The position numbers were made by a program, and so were the translations under genes. A stretch of DNA of 64,000 nucleotides from an uncultured Eubacteriales bacterium (GTDB lineage Bacteria; Bacillota; Peptococcia; Peptococcales; SKKY01), in contig CAZXPJ010000002.1 in assembly GCA_964642925.1 (NCBI GenBank), positions 80,494-144,493 on the forward strand, given 5' to 3'. The notes below the pieces were generated by a model, which had not been told where the DNA came from, ran no database searches, and was given only the letters and a program-made list of their open reading frames with translations. Below, in pieces: positions 57,573 through 64,000 of the stretch; position 1 is the stretch's first letter; the number at the start of each line of letters is the position of its first letter.

Positions 57573-59042
57573 ATGTCACAGGGTTTAATCATTAACAGTA
57601 ATTATTACATCTTACTTGCAGCCTTATTATTAATATCAGGAGTCATTACAACTAAATTTTCTAATAAATTTGGTGTTCCGGCTCTTATTTTTTTTATATT
57701 AGTTGGTATGGTTGCTGGAAGTGATGGTCTTGGTTTAATATATTTCGATAATGCCAGTGTAGCCCAAGGTGTTGGGATTCTGGCTTTAATAGTAATAGTT
57801 TTTGAAGGTGGTCTTTTAACTAATAAAAAAACAGTAAAAACCATATTGGCTCCCTCTATGATTCTTGCTACAGCAGGTGTATTTATCACCAGTATTATAG
57901 TTGGCCTAGGAGCAGTATATATTTTAAATGTTTCTCTTATAGAGGGTTTTTTATTTGGTTCTATTGTTGGTTCCACAGATGCTGCTGCTGTTTTTACAGT
58001 TCTTAAAGGTAAAAATATAAGAAAAGATTTAGGAAATACTCTGGAAGTAGAGTCAGCTTCCAATGATCCTATGGCTATGTTTCTCACAGTTTCCTTCTTA
58101 AGTTTTTTATCCATGGAAAACTCTAATTACTTTATGCTTATATTGTCTTTTTTCTGGCAAATGGGCTTTGGAGCTGTTTTAGGTTTTTTACTTGGGAAAG
58201 TTGCTTCCTTTTCGATAAATTATATAAATTTAGAATCTTCTGGTCTATATCCCGTGTTCGCATTTTCCTTTGCCCTTCTTACATATAGTATTGCTGATTT
58301 ACTTCAAGCCAGTGGACTACTGGCAGTTTATTTTTCAGCTTTTGTTATTGGAAATAATGAGCTTACTTTCCGTCACTCAATTTTTAAATTTAATGAAGGC
58401 TTTGCTTGGATGATGCAGATTTGGATGTTTGTTATTCTTGGCTTGTTTGTTTTCCCCAGCGAGCTTTTTACTATGGATATAGCTATCAAGGGCTTTGGTC
58501 TAGCTTTTGTTTTAATCTTTATTGCTCGACCCATTGCTGTTTATCTTTGCCTTTTTAGGTATAAGTTTAGTAATAAGGAAAAAGCTTTCTTATCTTGGGC
58601 AGGTTTAAAGGGAGCTGTGCCCATTGTTTTAGCTACATTTCCAATGATCCATGGTCTTGATAATAGCCAGCTATTCTTCAATGTGGTTTTTTTCGTGGTT
58701 TTAATATCCACCCTAGTCCAAGGATCTACTATATCCAAATTAGCTGAAATTCTAAAACTTACAGGTTGTAAAAAGGTAGATTCACCTTATTCTATTGAAT
58801 TAGTATCTATTGGAAAGGCTAATGCGGAAATAATAGAGTTTGAGGTAAATGAAGATGTTGATTTTGTCAATAGAACCTTAGAGGAAATTGATTTTCCAAA
58901 GGATGTTCTTGTTAATGCTATTGTAAGGAATGGCGATTTAGTAACACCAACAGGTACAACCATGGTGTTAAATGGAGATATAATATATATTCTTGTTTCG
59001 AAAAAAAGCAAAGGTGCTTTAGAAAAAATGCTGCAAGTATAA
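57573..59042 (+). CDS. K+/H+ antiporter (CPA1, NhaP2-like) with C-terminal TrkA-C/RCK_C domain
   Basis: 489 aa. A polytopic N-terminal domain typical of NhaP2/CvrA is joined to a soluble C-terminal domain (ELVSIG...EF.V.....V.RTL.EIDFP.D.LV.AI.R.G). Confidence 0.8.
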   Translation: MSQGLIINSNYYILLAALLLISGVITTKFSNKFGVPALIFFILVGMVAGSDGLGLIYFDNASVAQGVGILALIVIVFEGGLLTNKKTVKTILAPSMILATAGVFITSIIVGLGAVYILNVSLIEGFLFGSIVGSTDAAAVFTVLKGKNIRKDLGNTLEVESASNDPMAMFLTVSFLSFLSMENSNYFMLILSFFWQMGFGAVLGFLLGKVASFSINYINLESSGLYPVFAFSFALLTYSIADLLQASGLLAVYFSAFVIGNNELTFRHSIFKFNEGFAWMMQIWMFVILGLFVFPSELFTMDIAIKGFGLAFVLIFIARPIAVYLCLFRYKFSNKEKAFLSWAGLKGAVPIVLATFPMIHGLDNSQLFFNVVFFVVLISTLVQGSTISKLAEILKLTGCKKVDSPYSIELVSIGKANAEIIEFEVNEDVDFVNRTLEEIDFPKDVLVNAIVRNGDLVTPTGTTMVLNGDIIYILVSKKSKGALEKMLQV

Positions 59043-59062
59043 AAAATTCTTTAAGTTTGGGG

Positions 59063-61741
59063 ATGTTTATCATTAAAGAATATTACAAAATGTCTATAGA
59101 AGAAGTTGTAAAATCCTTTGATTCATCTGTCGACTTAGGTTTAACAAAGGAAGAAATAGAAAAAAGACATGTTAAATATGGTAAAAATAAATTACCAGAG
59201 CCAGAAAAAAAGAGTCCTATTTTAGTTTTTCTTTCTAATTTTAATAATGTTTTAATTTATCTATTATTGGCATCTGCAATAATAACGGCCCTACTTGATC
59301 ACCTTATAGATGCAACAGTTATATTTGCAGTGGTAATTATTAACGCAATAATTGGTTTTATTCAAGAAGGAAAAGCAGAAAAAGCCCTTGAGGGAATTAA
59401 GAAGATGCTTTCCCTACATGCTAATGTAATTCGAGATGGAAATTTAGGAAAGATTGATGCAGAAGATCTTGTTCCCGGTGACATAGTTGAAATAAAAGCT
59501 GGGGATAAGGTTCCTGGGGATATGCGTATTTTAGAAAGTATTAATCTTAGAGCGGAAGAATCGGCCTTAACAGGAGAGTCTTTAGATGCAGAAAAATCTA
59601 CTGAAAATATAGAGATAGATGTAGTATTAGGAGACAGAAAAAATATGCTTTATTCTGGAACCCTTATTACATCAGGAAATGGTAAAGGAATAGTAATAGG
59701 GATTGGCAAAGATACGGAGATTGGAAAAATATCATCTATGATTTCTGGGGTTGAAAAGGCAACCACCCCTTTAATTGAAAAAATAAATGGCTTTGGTAAG
59801 CAACTATCAATTTTTACGGTTTTTTTAGCAGTTTCCTTCTTTTCTTTTGGATTCTTTATAAGGGATTATGAATTAGTAGATATGTTTCTAGCAACAGTAA
59901 GTTTAGTTGTGGCGGCAATTCCTGAGGGGCTACCTGTTATTATGACCATAACTTTGGCCGTGGGAGTTCAAAAGATGGTAAAAAGAAATGCTATAATTCG
60001 CCATCTACCCTCTGTAGAAACATTAGGATCAGTAAATATTATTTGTTCTGATAAAACAGGAACTTTAACAAAAAATGAAATGACCGTAAAAACTCTCGTT
60101 ACCCATAATCAAATTTATGAAGTTTCGGGAGAAGGGTATAAGCCGGAAGGTATTATTCTTAAAAATGGGGAAGAAGTTAATTTTCAAAAGGAAGACGCCC
60201 TTTCTCTTTTAATTAAAACAGGAAGAATTTGCAATGATTCAGATATTGAAAAAAACGAGGAAGGCAATTGGAGAGTTGTGGGAACACCTACCGAGGGTTC
60301 TTTAATCACCTTAGCTTATAAAGCAGGAATGGAAAATTTGCCTGAAGAAAGAATTGCTTCATTACCCTTTAATTCCTCTGAGAAGTATATGATTACCCTT
60401 AATGAGTTTGAGGGTAAAAAGTATCTATTTTTAAAAGGTGCTCCCGAGAAGGTTTTAAAACTATCAACTCTTCAGTACACTGAATCAGGAATTAATGAGA
60501 TCACAACAAATTATTGGGAAGCAGAAATTGAAAAATTAGCTGGATTAGGTGAGAGAGTTTTAGCTTTAGCCTATAAAGAATATGTAAGCACAAATGAAGA
60601 GGATCCCTTTATTAACCCAGAAGGCTTTGTATTTCTTGGTTTAACCGGGATAATTGATCCACCAAGGGCAGAAGCAATAAAAGCAATAGAAGAATGTAAG
60701 AAAGCTGGAATTAGTGTTAAAATGATTACTGGAGACCATTCAGTGACAGCCAGTGTTATTGCTGAGAAAATGGGTATTGGAAATAATAATGGTGTCCTTG
60801 TAGGCTCGGAGATTGAAAAAATGAGTTCAGAAGAGCTTAAAGAAAAAGTTCTTATTTATGATATCTTTGCTAGAACTGAACCAGAGCATAAGCTTCGATT
60901 AGTAGAGGCAATTCAGGAAAACAATCTTCTTTGTGCCATGACAGGAGATGGAGTAAACGATGCTCCAGCCTTGAAAAAAGCTGATATTGGAATAGCAATG
61001 GGCATAAAAGGTACAGAAGTATCCAAAGAAGCTGCTGGAATGGTCTTAGTGGATGATAACTTTGCCTCCATAGTTAATGCTGTGGAAGAAGGTAGAACAG
61101 TCTATGATAATATAAAGAAGAATATGATTTTTATGCTTCCTACAAATGGGGCAGAAATGATAGTTCTAATGGCAGCTATTTTATTTGGTATAGCAATGCC
61201 AATTACCCCAGTGCAAATCTTGTGGGTAAACATGGTAACAACTATAACCTTAGAGTTTGCTCTGATTTTTGAACCTATGGAAAATAAGGTTATGGAAAGG
61301 CCTCCTAGGCCTAAAAATGAAGGAATCTTTAGTGGATATTTTATCATGAGAACCCTTCTTGTCTCAGCACTAACTGGTTTTTTAACATTTTACTTATACA
61401 ATCTTTTTCAACAAAATGGGGAAAGTATTCCTTACTCAAGAACAGTAGCTTTAAATATGTTAGTTTTAGCTCAAGCTTTTTACCTTTTAAACTGCCGTAA
61501 AATTCATGATCTAACAATAGGCAAAGGCTTTTTTGAAAACAAAAAGATATTTTATGTTATTGGGATTTTAATCCTTCTTCAATTACTTATAACCTATTTA
61601 CCGGTTCTCAATATTTTCTTTGGAACAGCGGCTCTTAGACTTTCTTCTTGGTTATATCCTATAATTGGTGGAGCATTTATCTTTGGAGTTATTGAAATTG
61701 AGAAAATAGTTACAGGAAAACTCTTTAGGATCCCAAAATAG
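59063..61741 (+). CDS. P-type (type IIA, Ca2+-like) cation-transporting ATPase
   Basis: Contains TGES, PEGLP, the phosphorylation motif CSDKTGTLT, TGD and GDGVNDAPALKKADIG. The start is uncertain: TTG 59057, ATG 59063 or ATG 59090. Confidence 0.9.
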   Translation: MFIIKEYYKMSIEEVVKSFDSSVDLGLTKEEIEKRHVKYGKNKLPEPEKKSPILVFLSNFNNVLIYLLLASAIITALLDHLIDATVIFAVVIINAIIGFIQEGKAEKALEGIKKMLSLHANVIRDGNLGKIDAEDLVPGDIVEIKAGDKVPGDMRILESINLRAEESALTGESLDAEKSTENIEIDVVLGDRKNMLYSGTLITSGNGKGIVIGIGKDTEIGKISSMISGVEKATTPLIEKINGFGKQLSIFTVFLAVSFFSFGFFIRDYELVDMFLATVSLVVAAIPEGLPVIMTITLAVGVQKMVKRNAIIRHLPSVETLGSVNIICSDKTGTLTKNEMTVKTLVTHNQIYEVSGEGYKPEGIILKNGEEVNFQKEDALSLLIKTGRICNDSDIEKNEEGNWRVVGTPTEGSLITLAYKAGMENLPEERIASLPFNSSEKYMITLNEFEGKKYLFLKGAPEKVLKLSTLQYTESGINEITTNYWEAEIEKLAGLGERVLALAYKEYVSTNEEDPFINPEGFVFLGLTGIIDPPRAEAIKAIEECKKAGISVKMITGDHSVTASVIAEKMGIGNNNGVLVGSEIEKMSSEELKEKVLIYDIFARTEPEHKLRLVEAIQENNLLCAMTGDGVNDAPALKKADIGIAMGIKGTEVSKEAAGMVLVDDNFASIVNAVEEGRTVYDNIKKNMIFMLPTNGAEMIVLMAAILFGIAMPITPVQILWVNMVTTITLEFALIFEPMENKVMERPPRPKNEGIFSGYFIMRTLLVSALTGFLTFYLYNLFQQNGESIPYSRTVALNMLVLAQAFYLLNCRKIHDLTIGKGFFENKKIFYVIGILILLQLLITYLPVLNIFFGTAALRLSSWLYPIIGGAFIFGVIEIEKIVTGKLFRIPK

Positions 61742-61829
61742 CAGTTTACTCTTGTTTTTGCTTTAGGAAGAGGCTAAAATTTTATATTAGAAGAAATAAT
61801 ATTTTTAATCATAAGTCGGAGGGGAATAA

Positions 61830-62390
61830 ATGAAAAAGGTTTTTTTAGTATTAGTAGTAATAACCCTTATCTTTACTGGGTGTCAGAAAAACGAATTTTT
61901 ACCTGATAATAAATTACTCTACAAAGGTGATCTTGAAAATGGTAAAAGAGAAGGTATGGGTACACTTTATTATGAAGATGATACGGTTTTTTATGAAGGT
62001 GAGTGGAAGAATGATAAGTTCAATGGAGAAGGAAAAATTTATTACACAGATGGAACACTTCGTTATGAGGGTGAATTTGTAGATAACCTTATGCAAGGTG
62101 AGGGTAGAATATATAGTGAAGAAGGGAATTTAGTTTATGAAGGTCAATGGTTAGAAAATGAAATGAGTGGCCGGGGGAACCTTTATTATGATAATGAAGT
62201 TCTAATGTATGAAGGTGAAATGGCAAAAAATAAAATGAATGGTAACGGCTTATTTTATTATGAAACTGGAGAATTAATGTATAAAGGTGGCTTTAGAAAC
62301 AATGACCTTCATGGTGAAGGTATTCTTTATTCTGAAAAGGGTAATATATTGCATGATGGAGAATTTAGAGATGGAACTAAATGGAAATAA
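61830..62390 (+). CDS. MORN-repeat lipoprotein
   Basis: 186 aa with lipobox FTGC. About seven tandem YEGE..N....G.G..YY MORN-type repeats. Confidence 0.75.
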   Translation: MKKVFLVLVVITLIFTGCQKNEFLPDNKLLYKGDLENGKREGMGTLYYEDDTVFYEGEWKNDKFNGEGKIYYTDGTLRYEGEFVDNLMQGEGRIYSEEGNLVYEGQWLENEMSGRGNLYYDNEVLMYEGEMAKNKMNGNGLFYYETGELMYKGGFRNNDLHGEGILYSEKGNILHDGEFRDGTKWK

Positions 62391-62414
62391 TAGAATAATA
62401 AGGAGGAATATTTA

Positions 62415-63074
62415 ATGCAGGTAAAAGAAATTATGACAACGGCACCTATAACAATAACAAAAAATACATTGTTACCAGAGGCATTAGAATTAATGCAGGG
62501 TAATAGTATCAGGAGACTTCTTGTTGTAGATGACAAAGGTAAATTAATTGATATCGTAACTAAAAAAGATCTGAATGAAGTAAGCGCATCTCCTGCAACT
62601 AGTTTAAGTATCTTTGAATTAAATTATTTATTAGCAAAAACCACTATTGGTGATATCTTAAAGGTAAGAAAAGATAGACCTGGAACTCTTGTGACTATAG
62701 ATGAAAATGCTTTAGTTGGGCAGGCTGCAGTTCTTTTAAGGGAATATAAAATTGGTGGTCTTCCAGTAATGAGTGGAGATAAAGTAGTTGGAATTGTAAC
62801 TGAGTCTGACATTTTTGATGTATTTATCACTGTTATGGGCTATAAAGAGCCTGGTACAAGACTAATCATAGAAATTGAAGAAGACAAAGAAGGAACAATT
62901 AAGGACATATCTGAGATTATTTTTAATAATCATGGTAATATTCAGAAACTATTAGCATACTTAAACAAAGAAGGTAAATACATGATTGAATTAAGAATTA
63001 CCTCAGAAAATGATGAAAAAATAATCAAGGAATTAAAAGAAAAATCCTATTTAATAAAAAATATTGTAAGCTGA
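62415..63074 (+). CDS. CBS-pair plus ACT domain protein (AcuB-like)
   Basis: 219 aa. Two CBS repeats (IRRLLVVDDKGKLIDIVT; GGLPVMSGDKVVGIVTESDI) are followed by an ACT-like C-terminus. Confidence 0.75.
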   Translation: MQVKEIMTTAPITITKNTLLPEALELMQGNSIRRLLVVDDKGKLIDIVTKKDLNEVSASPATSLSIFELNYLLAKTTIGDILKVRKDRPGTLVTIDENALVGQAAVLLREYKIGGLPVMSGDKVVGIVTESDIFDVFITVMGYKEPGTRLIIEIEEDKEGTIKDISEIIFNNHGNIQKLLAYLNKEGKYMIELRITSENDEKIIKELKEKSYLIKNIVS

Positions 63075-63091
63075 AAAGATGGGGAGGAAAA

Positions 63092-63559
63092 ATGAGTACA
63101 AAAAAAATTAGTATAATATCTATTTTTTTCGTAATAGCAGGATTCTTCCTTACTGGATATATATTTGCAGGTGAGGATGGGGCAAGGACAGAATCTCAGG
63201 ACTTAGCTAAACTTAGAGAAGAACAAAAAGTTATCTCTGAGAAGTTAGCCCAGCTAGAGAAAGCAATAAAAGTAATAGACAAAGATGAAGATACAAAAAA
63301 AGATCCTGAAAAGGATCTAGAGAAAGATAATGCTGTAGTACCTACACCAAATAAAGTTTTGGTAGCTTATGTAAAGGATGAATATAATGGAGTAAATACT
63401 AGGGCAGATATAGGAACAAACCACCCTATTGTAGAAAAAGTTCCTCCCAAGTCTCCCATGGTGATTATAGAAACTAAGAATGATTGGTACCGGGTAAAAC
63501 TAGAAAGTGGTAATATTGCCTGGGTTGCATCCTGGGTAGTTCGAGTTCAAGAAGAATAA
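63092..63559 (+). CDS. membrane-anchored bacterial SH3 (SH3_3) domain protein
   Basis: 155 aa. Has an N-terminal TM, a charged linker and a C-terminal SH3b-like domain (VNTRADIGTNHPIVEKV....V.I.E..NDWY.VKL.SG..AWV). Confidence 0.65.
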   Translation: MSTKKISIISIFFVIAGFFLTGYIFAGEDGARTESQDLAKLREEQKVISEKLAQLEKAIKVIDKDEDTKKDPEKDLEKDNAVVPTPNKVLVAYVKDEYNGVNTRADIGTNHPIVEKVPPKSPMVIIETKNDWYRVKLESGNIAWVASWVVRVQEE

Positions 63560-63573
63560 AAAAATTAAAATAT

Positions 63574-63616
63574 AATGGCCTTTTATGTAATTTATCACAT
63601 AAGGCCATTTTTTTTA
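63574..63616 (+). terminator. terminator after the SH3 gene
   Basis: AATGGCCTT...AAGGCCATT stem with an inner ATGT/ACAT extension, followed by TTTTTTTT. Confidence 0.75.
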
Positions 63617-63684
63617 TTTTAATATCTTGTAATTTTGGTATAAATTTGTAATCATTAAAAACATCAAAGAATGGAGGAAGATAA

Positions 63685-64000
63685 ATGATTGAAAAAAAAT
63701 AAGCGGAATAGAAATATATGATGCCTTTGTCGCTGGAAAGAATAAAGTAGTAAGTTTTAGGCAGGAACTAAATAGGATCAATGTTTTTCCTGTTAATGAT
63801 AGCGATACAGGTAATAATTTATCTAATACCTTAATACATATTACAGAAAGCATAGATCCTATTAAATCTCCCGATGAAATGGTTAAGTTAATTGCCGATG
63901 CTTCATTAAGTGGTGCTAGGGGAAACTCGGGAATAATTTTTGCTCAATTCTTAAATGGTTTAGCAGTAGAAATTTCCCCAGAAAGCTTTAAAAGAGAGGT
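63685..64000 (+). CDS. DAK2-domain protein (YloV family), 5' part running off the window, with an apparent frameshift at an A8 tract
   Basis: GGAGG (63673-63677) lies 7 nt before the ATG at 63685. MIEKK then meets TAA at 63700. The conserved frame (ISGIEIYDAFVAGKNKV...INVFPVNDSDTGNNLSNT...SGARGNSGIIFAQF) runs in the +2 frame from 63699 to the window end. One extra A in the A8 run (63692-63699) would join the two frames. Confidence 0.7.

Noticed and set aside
57605-58114. 169-aa minus-strand ORF antisense to the K+/H+ antiporter gene
   Set aside because: It is fully embedded in a well-supported transporter CDS on the opposite strand. The product is low-complexity and Lys/Pro/Thr-rich with no motif, which is typical of an antisense shadow ORF in AT-rich DNA.

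Overview
This is a low-GC Firmicutes chromosome segment, Clostridia-like on gene content and AT-rich codon usage. It is almost entirely core or housekeeping genome, and nearly all genes lie on the + strand.

Gene order:
- 5-formyl-THF cyclo-ligase (minus strand), then CIRCE-controlled groES-groEL and L25/Ctc.
- An accessory-looking patch: an orphan transcription unit, a DUF1659/DUF2922 pair, a ComK-like gene and a 650-bp gene-free gap.
- A PNPOx-family gene, a PAS-GGDEF-HD-GYP signalling protein, an HTH gene and a decayed vWA gene.
- A CE4 deacetylase, a DUF1097 protein and an asparaginase, then a TIGR01777 oxidoreductase (minus strand).
- A thioesterase, a TRAP transporter, an acyl-CoA ligase, iorAB, paaK and an ACT protein (aryl-acid locus).
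- A CxxS thioredoxin-like gene, a 1298-aa tandem-DUF445 protein, a DUF3298 lipoprotein and an M50/CBS protease.
- pilB-pilC-pilM-pilN-pilO-pilT, with no pilin or prepilin peptidase gene, then hpt.
- A PAS-PP2C phosphatase, a lipoprotein, a long uridine-kinase-like protein, niaR, mecA and nth.
- A ttcA-like gene (minus strand), folD, DUF401, a Na+/solute symporter and a ytoI-like gene.
- dnaE, coaD, pfkA and pyk.
- pspC, the glmS ribozyme, a truncated glmS and a second pspC.
- A rhomboid protease, a K+/H+ antiporter, a Ca-type P-ATPase, MORN, AcuB-like and SH3 genes, and the 5' end of a DAK2/YloV-like gene.

I saw no rRNA, tRNA, CRISPR array, transposase or integrase.

Most notable observations:
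1. An apparently intact glmS ribozyme drives a GlmS that consists only of the isomerase (SIS) half. The cassette is bracketed by two PspC paralogs.
2. A giant internally duplicated DUF445 protein is translationally coupled to an RsiV-like lipoprotein and a site-2 protease.
3. The type IV pilus motor cluster has no pilin gene, and its PilB carries a textbook tandem MshEN c-di-GMP motif.
4. A 15-bp hairpin sequesters the Shine-Dalgarno of the DUF1659/DUF2922 operon, just downstream of an ORF-less promoter-to-terminator unit.
5. Two decay or slippage events are visible: a vWA pseudogene, and an A8-tract frameshift seven codons into the yloV-like gene.

All family assignments come from reading motifs by eye. 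No database search was run.
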